Positions 8,812 to 17,920 of a stretch of 64,000 bases of DNA are shown piece after piece. The DNA comes from a virus. Every line of letters starts with the position of its first letter. Within the stretch, counting starts at the first letter, position 1. Location of the stretch: positions 4,134 through 68,133 of IMG/VR virus record IMGVR_UViG_3300035704_000387; one strand, given 5' to 3'. Both the position numbers and the translations under genes were made by a program. The notes beneath the pieces were generated by a model, which was not told where the DNA came from, searched no databases, and saw only the letters and a program-made list of their open reading frames with translations.

Positions 8812-8970
8812 CCGTCCTCGGCTTCCAGTTCTTCGAGGCCTTCGTCCTCTAACCGGCGCTCATATTCCGCGAAGCCAGCGTCGAACTCAGCCTGCTTCTC
8901 TCGCCGCGCCTCGGCTTCGCGGTCCATCGCCTCGACCTCCTCGATGCTCGGGATCAACACCGGCCCCCGC

Positions 8971-9276
8971 TCAGCCATCGGAGCCGACCTCCTGCTGGGT
9001 GGGGAAGGCGTGGTCGAAGGTCGCAGCTACGAGGTCATGCCAATCGCCATCGGGCGTGTTAAGGCGTTCCAGCCCGGCCGAAACGGCGTCGTCCTCCAGC
9101 AGCTTCTCCCGTACCTCACCCAGCAGGTGCTCTCTTAGGGCGGGTAGGGCTGCCTCAAGGAGAACCTCAACCCGTTCCCGGTAGCGCCGCCTGCCGTCCT
9201 CGTCTCGGATGGGCCAGGTGGATGACGTGGCGATCGCCGCCTCTACTGCAGCCTCTGGGACTACAGGGGGGGTCAC
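8971..9276 (-). CDS. Hypothetical phage protein
   Basis: Coupled gene chain. Confidence 0.55.
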   Translation of the reverse strand: MTPPVVPEAAVEAAIATSSTWPIRDEDGRRRYRERVEVLLEAALPALREHLLGEVREKLLEDDAVSAGLERLNTPDGDWHDLVAATFDHAFPTQQEVGSDG

Positions 9277-9542
9277 TTGGACTCCGCCTGAGCCGGTAGA
9301 AGGATGAACGCGGCGTCGTCTTTGACGAGACCGAAAAAGCGATCGAAGTTGTCCGCGAATGCCTCGACATCCTCGGTCTTGGACACGCAGACGATTGCGG
9401 CGTTGAGTCGCGGGCCTGCATTGAAGCCCAATTCCAGGAGTGCGTCTGACAGGCTCTCCCCGATCGCCTCGACGTTTTGATCGGCCTCGACTTCTAGGTA
9501 AATGCGGAAGCTGGTTACGCCCGCCTTCTCGCTACTCGCCAT
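9273..9542 (-). CDS. Hypothetical phage protein
   Basis: GAAAGGAG RBS; coupled downstream. Confidence 0.6.
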   Translation of the reverse strand: MASSEKAGVTSFRIYLEVEADQNVEAIGESLSDALLELGFNAGPRLNAAIVCVSKTEDVEAFADNFDRFFGLVKDDAAFILLPAQAESK

Positions 9543-9569
9543 CTGGGGTGGCTCCTTTCGTGTGGGTGG

Positions 9570-11363
9570 TCACGCGATCACCTCGAGCAGGCGCCCGACG
9601 AGCAGCTCCATCGCCGGCGGCGTGACCGCGTTGCCGTACTGCGCCATCCGCTCGCGCTTGTTACCGAGAACGATGTAGTCGTCATCAAAGGCCATGGCTG
9701 CGGCGATCTCGTGGAGCTGGAACATGCGGAAGCGGCAGTCGTCGATGTCCTCCTCGCTAAGCACCATCGCAGGCGGCCCTTCGGCGGTGGCCGTGGGGGC
9801 GACGTCGCGATCGGCGTCACGTGGGCGGCCGTTGCGGGTGTAGGGGATGACCATCGCCAGGCGGTCGCGGGTGGTGAGGGTTTGCGTCGGCTCGTCCTCG
9901 GCGACGCGTGCCTGACCGGAGCTGTCGTAGGGGATCAGCAGCGACTGGTGGCAGCCGCGGGTGAGGGTTCTGATCGGCTCGTGGGTCGGCGTCGACATCT
10001 CGGCTCCGCCGGAGTTGTTCCGCATCACCACGCCGACGGTCTCCCCGGTGAGGATCGGGGGCGACGGCTGGGTCTCGGTGTCCTTCGGGACGTTGTTCGC
10101 CCGGTTCGCCATCACCATCCCGAAGCGATCTCCCGCGCAGACGGTGTGCATGGCCTCGGCCTCCGCGTCCTTCGTCGCGTTGCCGTTGGAGTTCCGCTGG
10201 TTGTCGCGCATCACCAGGGCCTTCGATTCCCGCGCCATCTGCGTCGCCAGCGGGTCGAGCGCGGCATCGGCGCCGTCGTCGGACCAGCTCCCCCCCGCCG
10301 TCGTGACCAGCGCCGGCCGAGTCGTGGTCGGCTGGGTCGGTGCTGGGGCAGCGTGCGCGTCCCTCGGCGCCACCGAACCCATCGGCGGCACGACCATCGC
10401 CATGTCGTGGCGCTGGGTGAGAGTGACGATCGGCAGCGTCAGCGGCTTGGGCGCACCGCCGTGGGTTAGGCGGATCGCGAAGTCGTCCCCGGCCAGCTTC
10501 TCCAGGCCGCGGCGGATTCGCTTACGAGTGTTGAGCGCCAGCGGCCGGGCGCGATCGCCGATGCGCTCGGCCGGCAGGCTCCAGTCGATCGCCGTCGCCG
10601 CTGGGTGGACGCCGGGCAGCACCGACCCGTTGCACTCCGGACAAGCGAAGAAGTACTGCGCGCCGTAGCGACCCCACGGCCGCTGGGGTTTCTTCCAGGT
10701 CTGGCGTCCGTCGACCAGTTGCTCGCAGCGCGGGCACCAGGCGATCGGCTCGACGCGGAGGTTCGGCCTGCGCATCCCCTTCAGCCACCACACCACGTAC
10801 ATCCGATCCCGCGACTGCGGCACCGCACCGGCGAACATGGAGTTCAGGTAGACGATCTCGAACTCGTAGCCGAGGGCCTTTCCGGTCGAGAGCCATGCGG
10901 CGAATAGCGCGCCGTCGTCGTCGGGTCCCCACTTGAAAGCGTCAACCACGTTCTCGACGACGATCGCCTTATACGGGTGGCCGGCGAGCTGCTTTTGCTC
11001 GGCGAAGCGCCAGACATCCCACATGGTCGCCCGCGAGCGGTCCTGCTCGGCGTCCCCAGCTGGGCCGTCCTCGAAAAGGGATGCTGCCTGCGGCTTCCGC
11101 CGGCGCGCGCCTTTCGCGAGTGAGTGATTGGTGCACTCAGGGGAGGCGAGCAGGATGTCCGTGTGCGGGTACCGCCGAATCTGCGCCGTCGTCAGGGCGG
11201 CGACGTCGTTACAGTCGTGATCCGCTTGCTGGAAGTTCGACGCGTGGGTTTCGATCGCGCGCTCCCAGTGATTGAGAGCGAGACGGATCTCGGCGCCCGC
11301 ATCCTCGGCTCCCTCGCTTGAGCCGCCCGCACCACAGAAGAGGTCGGTGATCGTCGCGCTCAC
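9570..11363 (-). CDS. C5-cytosine DNA methyltransferase (orphan)
   Basis: Motif I DLFCGAGG, IV SPEC, VI ENV, VIII QSRDR, X YGNAVT. Confidence 0.93.
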   Translation of the reverse strand: MSATITDLFCGAGGSSEGAEDAGAEIRLALNHWERAIETHASNFQQADHDCNDVAALTTAQIRRYPHTDILLASPECTNHSLAKGARRRKPQAASLFEDGPAGDAEQDRSRATMWDVWRFAEQKQLAGHPYKAIVVENVVDAFKWGPDDDGALFAAWLSTGKALGYEFEIVYLNSMFAGAVPQSRDRMYVVWWLKGMRRPNLRVEPIAWCPRCEQLVDGRQTWKKPQRPWGRYGAQYFFACPECNGSVLPGVHPAATAIDWSLPAERIGDRARPLALNTRKRIRRGLEKLAGDDFAIRLTHGGAPKPLTLPIVTLTQRHDMAMVVPPMGSVAPRDAHAAPAPTQPTTTRPALVTTAGGSWSDDGADAALDPLATQMARESKALVMRDNQRNSNGNATKDAEAEAMHTVCAGDRFGMVMANRANNVPKDTETQPSPPILTGETVGVVMRNNSGGAEMSTPTHEPIRTLTRGCHQSLLIPYDSSGQARVAEDEPTQTLTTRDRLAMVIPYTRNGRPRDADRDVAPTATAEGPPAMVLSEEDIDDCRFRMFQLHEIAAAMAFDDDYIVLGNKRERMAQYGNAVTPPAMELLVGRLLEVIA

Positions 11364-11539
11364 GACACGTCCTCCGGCCCCGGCGTCTCCTCAAGAACCC
11401 GCCTGACCTTCTCGGGTAGATCGGGGTCATCGAACTCGTACTGCCTCAACGTCTCGACGACGTCCTTTGGTCCCTCTGCTCCCTCATGGGCGTAGGCGAG
11501 GAAGGCTTCTGCGAGTTGGGTGAAGGTGAGGTCTTTCAC
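11360..11539 (-). CDS. Hypothetical protein
   Basis: GTGA-coupled start at 11539 (MKDLTFTQLAEAF). Confidence 0.5.
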   Translation of the reverse strand: MKDLTFTQLAEAFLAYAHEGAEGPKDVVETLRQYEFDDPDLPEKVRRVLEETPGPEDVS

Positions 11540-12042
11540 CGGGCAGCCATCCCGTCGCCGAAGATCACGAGGCAGCAGCCGAAGGGCGGCCGTTCGTTCG
11601 GTTTGATCTCGGTCTGCCCGGGCTTCAGGAAACGAAGGCGGCCGGGGAGGAACTCGACCGTGAGCGTGCCGTCCAGCCGGTAGGGCTCGACCTGCCGCTG
11701 CCACCATCCCTGCTCGGTGCGGTTCGCCGGAAGCAAGAGGACCACGAGTTCAGCGCCCCCCCCGTGGGCCTTTTCGACCCACGGCTCGATCGAGGAGTAC
11801 GGCGGGTTGCACCAGACGCGCTCACCGGTCCAGTCCTGAACGAGCCCGTCGTCCTCGAGCGTGTAGAAGCGCGGGAGCTTGGCGTTGGCCTCTGAGGCGG
11901 CCACGTCGATCGTGAAGTCGAACCGCTCGTGCAGGGGCGCGAACACCTCTGGCGTCGTGGCGCGATCGTCAACGTCTGGCCGTGGGCCGCGTTTCCCTAC
12001 CTGCTGGCGGTGGTTGCGCGCGTGGAATCCGACGAGGCTCAC
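11536..12042 (-). CDS. Phage N6-adenine DNA methyltransferase (Dam-like)
   Basis: TPEVF..L...FDFTIDVAAS, WCNPPYS, LLPANRT and GRLRF motifs. Confidence 0.88.
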   Translation of the reverse strand: MSLVGFHARNHRQQVGKRGPRPDVDDRATTPEVFAPLHERFDFTIDVAASEANAKLPRFYTLEDDGLVQDWTGERVWCNPPYSSIEPWVEKAHGGGAELVVLLLPANRTEQGWWQRQVEPYRLDGTLTVEFLPGRLRFLKPGQTEIKPNERPPFGCCLVIFGDGMAAR

Positions 12043-12581
12043 CTGACGCTCACCGCCTCCCCGCACTCCAGCCTCAGCCGCTCATACATCGACGGGTGGT
12101 TGGACCCGTAGCGCTCGTCGATCTCCCGGCAGAACAGCTTGCACTCGTCGCTCAACTCGTGCCAGTGGATGCGGAGTCGCTTGACCCCATCGTGGCCTGC
12201 TCGGCAGAGCGGGGCGCCGATCTGAGGCGCGTAGAGGATCGCCAGCAGCTCGTCTTCTGGGAGGTCGCCGAATTCACGGCGGATCCACTGCTTCTCGACG
12301 AGATGGTGGGCGTCTAGCGGGTAGGTGCAGACGTGTCCTGGGCGTCGGGTCTCCCCGGCGATGACCTCGCTGTAGAAGCACGGGTGGTCTCGGACCTCGG
12401 CGTTGAAGCGGTGGCGGGCCCGGGTCTCGGCGGCGGAGCGATCGGCGCCGAGTTGGCGGCCAGCCGGCTTCGGCATCGGCTTCAGGTCGCACCGGTGCTC
12501 GGGGCAGCGACGTTCGCCTGCCCGCGGCTGCATAGCCACCTTGACCTTGTGCTCGCCCTCGGGGCACCACTTCCAGGCCAT
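12039..12581 (-). CDS. HNH-like Zn-binding protein
   Basis: DAHHLV...PLCRAGHD; several Cys/His pairs. Confidence 0.5.
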   Translation of the reverse strand: MAWKWCPEGEHKVKVAMQPRAGERRCPEHRCDLKPMPKPAGRQLGADRSAAETRARHRFNAEVRDHPCFYSEVIAGETRRPGHVCTYPLDAHHLVEKQWIRREFGDLPEDELLAILYAPQIGAPLCRAGHDGVKRLRIHWHELSDECKLFCREIDERYGSNHPSMYERLRLECGEAVSVR

Positions 12582-12784
12582 CAGCCCATCCGCCCCAAGG
12601 TCGGTTGGCGAGCAACTGTGTCCATGCGGTCGATCGCGTCGCTTGCCTGGTCCCAGGTACGGCAGACCGGCATCTCAACGTCGGCGATGCGGGCGAGGCG
12701 GCCCAGCTTCCTTGTCTGGGCCGCGTTCACCGGCTTGTTGCGGCGGCGTATTGCCTCCGCCCTCTGGAAAGCCCTTCGGTTCAC
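12581..12784 (-). CDS. Hypothetical protein
   Basis: Coupled gene chain. Confidence 0.5.
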   Translation of the reverse strand: MNRRAFQRAEAIRRRNKPVNAAQTRKLGRLARIADVEMPVCRTWDQASDAIDRMDTVARQPTLGRMG

Positions 12785-13566
12785 GCGGTGACCGCCGGAG
12801 CCGGGAGGGCTTCCAACTCAGCAATGAGGCGGTCAGCTTCACGTTCGTACGCCGCCGACTCCGCCGACCACGCCGACCGCGCCGACCGCGCCGACCACGC
12901 CGACCGCGCCGCCGACCACGCCGACTCCGCCGACCACGCCGACTCCGCCGACCACGCCGCCGACCACGCCGACCGCGCCGACCACGCCGACCGCGCCGCC
13001 GACTCCGCCGACCGCGCCGCCGACTCCGCCGACCGCGCCGCCGACCACGCCGACCACGCCGACCCCGCCGCCGACCGCGCCGACCGCGCCGCCGCTTCGC
13101 GGTCGCCCTTACCTTCAAGAGCCGCGATGGTCTGCTCGATGGAGGTGACCACCTGCGCTTTGACTGACTCGGGCCAGCTCCCGCTCAGCGGCAGGCACTC
13201 TTCCTTCAGGCGGCGGATCGCCAGACGGTCGGCCAGACCATCGAAGTCAGCGCCGACCGGGATCGCGCTAAGAAAGCGCTCCGGCCAGAAGGCCATCTTC
13301 TCGTCGGGGAGGCCCTTGAAGATCTTCTCCTCCAGATACGCGAGCCACTCTGGGATGCCCCAGCGAGACGGATACTGTTCGTGGCCGCCGCTCGGATCTT
13401 CGGTCAGGCAGCCGACGGCGCATACCCTCGTCTTACCGTTCTTGGAGAAGTAGGCGTCCTTGACGAACTCGCCGCCCTCTCGGTGCAAGCGGGCCTTTGC
13501 GACGGTCTCCTCCTTTAACTGCTCCTGGCCGTGGTAGGCGCGCAGGGACTCAGTGGCGTTGGTCAT
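12781..13566 (-). CDS. Phage protein with (W/R/E)SA(A) low-complexity repeat
   Basis: Globular N-terminus (CAVGC), then about 80 aa of repeats. Confidence 0.75.
   Translation of the reverse strand: MTNATESLRAYHGQEQLKEETVAKARLHREGGEFVKDAYFSKNGKTRVCAVGCLTEDPSGGHEQYPSRWGIPEWLAYLEEKIFKGLPDEKMAFWPERFLSAIPVGADFDGLADRLAIRRLKEECLPLSGSWPESVKAQVVTSIEQTIAALEGKGDREAAARSARSAAGSAWSAWSAARSAESAARSAESAARSAWSARSAWSAAWSAESAWSAESAWSAARSAWSARSARSAWSAESAAYEREADRLIAELEALPAPAVTA
12851..13095. repeat. 9/12-bp coding tandem repeat
   Basis: GCCGACCAC / GCCGACCGC / GCCGACTCC units with extra GCC. Confidence 0.95.
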
Positions 13567-13970
13567 GCGGTGGTGCTCCTTTCAGTCGGGACGGTGTGAG
13601 CCGCCGCGCCCCTGACGCATCGGGCGACGGTCTTCTCACCGCGGCCGACGATTCGGGCCACGGCTCGGAAGCTCTGGTGCTCGCGGTAAAGGCGGACGAT
13701 GCGGCGCTCGGTCGCGGTGTCTACCCGCCCGTGGATGGTGCGATCCGGTGCCGAGCGAAAGAAGCTCTCCGGGAGCTCGCCGATGCAAACGCCGAGCTTG
13801 CACAGGATCCGATCGGCGACGTAGTAGTCGGCGGCACCTCCCCCTCGCCAGGCTCGGATCCGGCACTCGTCATCGCGGCCGACCTGGATCGATACTGCGG
13901 TGAGGATGTCGCTCTCTTCCAGCCAGGCCACGAGCTTGGGCCCGTCGATCCAGTCGGTCTGCGGGGGCAT
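13563..13970 (-). CDS. HTH DNA-binding protein
   Basis: C-terminal IVRLYREHQSFRAVARIVGRGEKTVARCV. Confidence 0.6.
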   Translation of the reverse strand: MPPQTDWIDGPKLVAWLEESDILTAVSIQVGRDDECRIRAWRGGGAADYYVADRILCKLGVCIGELPESFFRSAPDRTIHGRVDTATERRIVRLYREHQSFRAVARIVGRGEKTVARCVRGAAAHTVPTERSTTA

Positions 13971-14440
13971 CAGCCAGCGCTCCCGATGAACTCGACTCGG
14001 TCGAAGCGGGTTCCCTCAAGACACTCGGCGATCAGGGTGAAATAGCGGCGTTCAATCCAGGCACAGACGCCTACCGGGGCAATGAGGAAAAGGGTCGATC
14101 CCTCGGCGGCGGTCGGGCGCAGTGGGCGCAGCCAGAGGCGATAGGTCGACGGAGGGACTGCGCGGCGGAGTCGGCGGCGGGCTGCGATCCACGAGCGGAG
14201 AAGTTCGCGGCAGTCGACAGCCTGAGCCGATGCGAGCCGTTCGAGTTGCGCCAACTCCTCGGCCATCGCGACAGCGGCGAGGTCGCGCTTGCGGCGGGAG
14301 CCGTGGGCGACTCGGAAGCGACGGACCTCCAGGGGAACCGGATCGCAATCGAGAGCCACCCGCTGCGGGGGGACCTCAGGGGGGTCCGTAAAGGGACGGG
14401 ACGGGACGGGGTTCGATTTCGCGCGAAGCAAATGGTTCAC
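13970..14440 (-). CDS. Replication protein C-terminal part with DnaA N-terminal-like domain
   Basis: NPVPSRP linker, then W..ARRRLRRAVPPSTYRLWLRPL...WIERRY; GTG at 14440 overlaps the upstream TGA. Confidence 0.6.
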   Translation of the reverse strand: MNHLLRAKSNPVPSRPFTDPPEVPPQRVALDCDPVPLEVRRFRVAHGSRRKRDLAAVAMAEELAQLERLASAQAVDCRELLRSWIAARRRLRRAVPPSTYRLWLRPLRPTAAEGSTLFLIAPVGVCAWIERRYFTLIAECLEGTRFDRVEFIGSAG

Positions 14441-14778
14441 TTTTTGCCTCGCGCTATGCCGGAAGCAACGCCACCGCGTTTGCCAGCCTCGGCGCGAACC
14501 TTTCGCTTCGACTCGACTTCCTCGCGGCTCGGGTTGAACTCCAGGTAGTCGGGGATCAGCAAGTCCGATCCGTCCCGCTCGACGAAGTTGTGCTGCTCCA
14601 GGAGCTTCTGCACTCGGGCGGGCGCGATGAACTTCGCCGTCTCCGAATTCACCACCCCGTCGGTCAGCTGGTTGCCGCAGAAGCTGAGCATCCGGCAGTA
14701 CGCACCGGTCGCCTCGTTGCCTGCCGCGACCACCTTCGGTTTCGACCAGAGAAGGTCGTCGAGCTTGATCCAGGGCAT
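14437..14778 (-). CDS. Phage replication initiator N-terminal domain
   Basis: MPWIKLDD...PKVVAAGNEATGAY...LTDG...IPDYLEFNPS...AGKRGG. Confidence 0.7.
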   Translation of the reverse strand: MPWIKLDDLLWSKPKVVAAGNEATGAYCRMLSFCGNQLTDGVVNSETAKFIAPARVQKLLEQHNFVERDGSDLLIPDYLEFNPSREEVESKRKVRAEAGKRGGVASGIARGKK

Positions 14779-14781
14779 CGC

Positions 14782-15708
14782 TCAACCCCGTCCCACCGAG
14801 GAGCAGATGTCTACGCGGGGCCACGGCACCTGCGCCGCCTCTCCCCAATCGGCATCCTTGAAAGCAGACCGTGGCCGCTCTCGTCCGACCTCGTCCCCTA
14901 AAAAGGTCAAGGGCTCAGAGGAGGCCACGCCGGAGGTCGCATCGGCTGGGTGCGGCTTGAGGGTCGCACCCTGGCCCCGGCCTCCGGCGCCGCCCTCGTC
15001 CTCAGCACTGATCGGTTGATCCCCGGCACCGTGTTTCGTGGCGGTCGCAATCTCGTTCCCGCCCGGCCTGTCGAGGGTGCCGGTGACGCTATGTGGACCG
15101 GCGGTCCCTTCCGGGTTGATCGTGCCGTTGTTGGGCTTCTCACCCGAGTGGGTGCTGGCGGCTCCTACGCCATACGAACGCGGAGGTGAATCCGAGCCGT
15201 TGCCAACACCCACTCCGACGAGCTTCGCCCGTCCCTTCGCGGTGATCCGATACGTCGGCGCTTTCCTTCCGTTCGCCGCAGGGTGAGAGACCTTGCGATA
15301 GACGCCGGTGGACTCCATGAAGCCTTTGTTTCGGAACCAGGCGGAGCGGGAGCCTTTGAGGTTGCAGTGCTCCGGTGGGACCCCGAGTGGATCGAGATCG
15401 TCGGCGTGGAAGTAGCCGGTCTCTATAAGGGTGCGGCGGATCTGCTCGTCGATCGCCCCGGCCCAGTCTCGCTTGTCCCGCTGTTCGGACTGGAGGTCGC
15501 GTGCCTCTTGAACCGATCTGACGTTGCCGCCTCGGCTACCTGCTCCAGCGCCCTGAGCGCTTCTGAGCGCTTTGTCGCCATCGCTCGACCTACCGAGCAG
15601 TTCCTGACGTAGACGGGTCGCGTCGGCCCGACAGGATGAGTCGCAGTAGCGGGCGTGGGCACGCTTGCCGCCAAGGGGGTTGCCGCAGTACTCGCAGACG
15701 CGAATCAC
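14782..15708 (-). CDS. Zn-finger hypothetical protein
   Basis: CEYCG...ARYCDSSCR. Confidence 0.55.
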   Translation of the reverse strand: MIRVCEYCGNPLGGKRAHARYCDSSCRADATRLRQELLGRSSDGDKALRSAQGAGAGSRGGNVRSVQEARDLQSEQRDKRDWAGAIDEQIRRTLIETGYFHADDLDPLGVPPEHCNLKGSRSAWFRNKGFMESTGVYRKVSHPAANGRKAPTYRITAKGRAKLVGVGVGNGSDSPPRSYGVGAASTHSGEKPNNGTINPEGTAGPHSVTGTLDRPGGNEIATATKHGAGDQPISAEDEGGAGGRGQGATLKPHPADATSGVASSEPLTFLGDEVGRERPRSAFKDADWGEAAQVPWPRVDICSSVGRG

Positions 15709-15920
15709 GCCCGCACCTCCAGCCGCTCTTGCCCCTCGACCTTCCCGACGATCTGCCGAGCAGTGACCTCGCGGTAGGTGACGGACTTCGGGTCGGGGTC
15801 ATCGATCCTGTGGCCTCCCAACCGCGTGAGCGAGTAGCCGAGGTATCGCGCCGTGAAGATTTGCCCCCGCACGTTGCAGCGGATGCGGTCGCCGACCTTG
15901 AGGGAGCGGGTGTCCATCAG
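15705..15920 (-). CDS. Small SH3-like hypothetical protein
   Basis: LKVGDRIRCNVRG; coupled. Confidence 0.5.
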   Translation of the reverse strand: MMDTRSLKVGDRIRCNVRGQIFTARYLGYSLTRLGGHRIDDPDPKSVTYREVTARQIVGKVEGQERLEVRA

Positions 15921-16357
15921 GCCGCCACGCTCCACGTCTGGTTACGACCCTCGCGGCCAGCTGACCATGCTTTGCGGGTCTGCTTCGCGGCGATGAATGC
16001 CGATCGGGTCGCTTCCTCGGAAACCGTCGCGATCTGAACCTTGCCCTTGGCCCGGGTGATGTGGCAGGCAAGGACTTCGAGAAGCTCGTCGGCTTGGCCC
16101 GTCGCTGGCTCGACCTCTCCGCGTAAGCAGTGCGAGATGGCTGCCGCGTCCGTGCAGATCAGGGCCGGTAGGGCGCCGGGCTTCACGGTGATCGCGACTT
16201 GGCGCAGGACCGCAAGCAAGTCGGCAGAGAGAGGGTCACCAGCGGCGACGACATCGCAGGCGATGACCCTGCCTCCCCGGAACGTCGCCGCGATCCCTGC
16301 CACTCCGCGAGAGGCATCGAAATCGGCGGCCACATAGATGTCCTTGCGGGGCCTCAC
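15917..16357 (-). CDS. RNase H-fold-like protein (degenerate)
   Basis: IYVAADFDAS...ADLLAV...LICTDA spacing recalls RNase H; GTGA start at 16357. Confidence 0.4.
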   Translation of the reverse strand: MRPRKDIYVAADFDASRGVAGIAATFRGGRVIACDVVAAGDPLSADLLAVLRQVAITVKPGALPALICTDAAAISHCLRGEVEPATGQADELLEVLACHITRAKGKVQIATVSEEATRSAFIAAKQTRKAWSAGREGRNQTWSVAA

Positions 16358-16578
16358 GCCGCGACCGCCCCAACCTCGACACGCCCCTGCAGCACCGCCG
16401 CGACCTCGTCGGCCGGCACGCCGACGCCGTCGGGAAGTTCCATGACCTGTTCGGTCGTACGCATGGCCCCATAGCCGTCGTCCCATCCCCGTCGCCGGCC
16501 AAGGGAGAAAGAGCCGACGATGAGGACGGAGACGATCGCGGCGATAACCGCAAGTTCGACGGGGAGAGCGCGGAGCAT
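16354..16578 (-). CDS. Small membrane protein
   Basis: One TM helix; coupled. Confidence 0.55.
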   Translation of the reverse strand: MLRALPVELAVIAAIVSVLIVGSFSLGRRRGWDDGYGAMRTTEQVMELPDGVGVPADEVAAVLQGRVEVGAVAA

Positions 16579-17420
16579 CAGGCAGGCGTGCCCCTGTAGA
16601 CGCGGGTGAACTTGTCGCTAACCCGGTCGGCGACACGCTGCAGCGCTTCTTCGACAGCACGTTCGGGCCGTTCGAGCTTGTAGCCGATTTCGAGCCGACC
16701 GCTGCGCGTGCTGTGGCGCAGGTTGGCGGCAATCGCTACCGGTTCCTCGCCCATGAAGGGAGCCAAATGGAGGATGAACTGACGCGGAACCTCGATCTCA
16801 CCGTCGGCGGCCGTGGTCGCCGTCGCCTTGCTTTCCTCGTCGTACTTGAACTTCTTGGCCCCTGAGTTGAAGTCCACCTTAGAGCGGAAGTGGACGTCGG
16901 TGGTCGCCTCGAAGTTCTCGGCGATTTCGATCAGAGTGGCGGCGTCCGGGGTTTTGATGTCAGGCATCCCTTCCCGCAGGTGCTCAGCGAACGCCTCCTG
17001 GGACATGAGCGAGCCGTCCCGCGCGCCGGCCCACAGTTCCCACTCGGGGGAGTGCAGAAGGCTGAGCACGGCGCGGTGGTCGCCCCAGGCGCTGTCATCG
17101 GCTGAGTTGTCGTTGATGACAGCGACGACCTCGCCTTTGGTCGGGTGGACCCAAACAGTCGTCATCGCCTCGACCTTGTGGTTGTCGACGTAGTCGATGA
17201 AGCTGGCGACGTCGGAGGGGCGGTAGGTGCCGCGGGCGCGAGTCGGCGCGTCCAAGTACTTCTCCAGGTCGACGATCTGATGCGAGGCACCGCCGAAGGG
17301 CGTGGTGACGCTGTAGAGGCCACCGGGCTCCACGGCTGACGGCTCGGCTGATGCGATTGCGGTCTCGACGACCACGGCGGCGTCTCCGCGCTCGATGAGG
17401 TTCGGGTCGGATTCGGGCAT
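16578..17420 (-). CDS. DUF2303 (YfdQ-like) family protein
   Basis: SFIDYV...WGDHRA.L....SPEW..W...MSQEAFAEHL. Confidence 0.8.
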   Translation of the reverse strand: MPESDPNLIERGDAAVVVETAIASAEPSAVEPGGLYSVTTPFGGASHQIVDLEKYLDAPTRARGTYRPSDVASFIDYVDNHKVEAMTTVWVHPTKGEVVAVINDNSADDSAWGDHRAVLSLLHSPEWELWAGARDGSLMSQEAFAEHLREGMPDIKTPDAATLIEIAENFEATTDVHFRSKVDFNSGAKKFKYDEESKATATTAADGEIEVPRQFILHLAPFMGEEPVAIAANLRHSTRSGRLEIGYKLERPERAVEEALQRVADRVSDKFTRVYRGTPA

Positions 17421-17457
17421 AGGTGTGATTCCTTTCGTTCGGCTGGTCGGGTCGGTG

Positions 17458-17823
17458 CTAGCTCGCACTCGCGTCGCGCAAGCCGGAAAACTGGGTTTGC
17501 TTCGGATCCGTCCGCGAGACGTTTCCGTGGTCGTCGGTGAACCAGCGTGAGGGCTTCGTGGTGGGGCGCGGGATGCCCGGCTTCAGCGTGTCGCTGAGGA
17601 CGACCGAGTTCTCGTCGTCCTTGGCTGGCTCGACCGTGATCTGGATCGTCAGCGAGCCCTTCTTTTGGGTCTCCTTCACGGCCTTGACGACGGACTGGAG
17701 TTCCTCGCTGGCTTCGTTGTGAAGTCCGCCACCCCGGTGCTCCATCAGGATCGATGAGACGGTCTTGACGGGCGGCGGGGCTTTGTCGTCGCCTGCGGCC
17801 ACCGTTTTCGCTGGCTCAGCCAT
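17458..17823 (-). CDS. YfdP-like partner of the DUF2303 protein
   Basis: L..VVKAVKETQKKGSLTIQITVEP...FTDDHGNVSRTDP; AAGGAGG RBS. Confidence 0.75.
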   Translation of the reverse strand: MAEPAKTVAAGDDKAPPPVKTVSSILMEHRGGGLHNEASEELQSVVKAVKETQKKGSLTIQITVEPAKDDENSVVLSDTLKPGIPRPTTKPSRWFTDDHGNVSRTDPKQTQFSGLRDASAS

Positions 17824-17920
17824 ATAGGTCCTCCTTGGGTTGGAGGGCTCAAGAAGGCGCTCCTTTCAGAGTGCTTCCCCCCACCACCGGCGACCTCGCT
17901 GAGCATCGGAACCGTGCCCT

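Noticed and set aside
9570-12581. Restriction-modification system
   Set aside because: No recognisable cognate restriction endonuclease; the MTases sit in the phage early operon, as is typical of orphan enzymes
12851-13095. CRISPR array
   Set aside because: Contiguous 9/12-bp units without unique spacers, in frame within a CDS; no cas operon in the window
12403-13453. Arg/Pro-rich and ADHADRA-repeat ORFs in other frames
   Set aside because: Alternative readings of the same tandem repeat; only 12781-13566 fits the coupled operon
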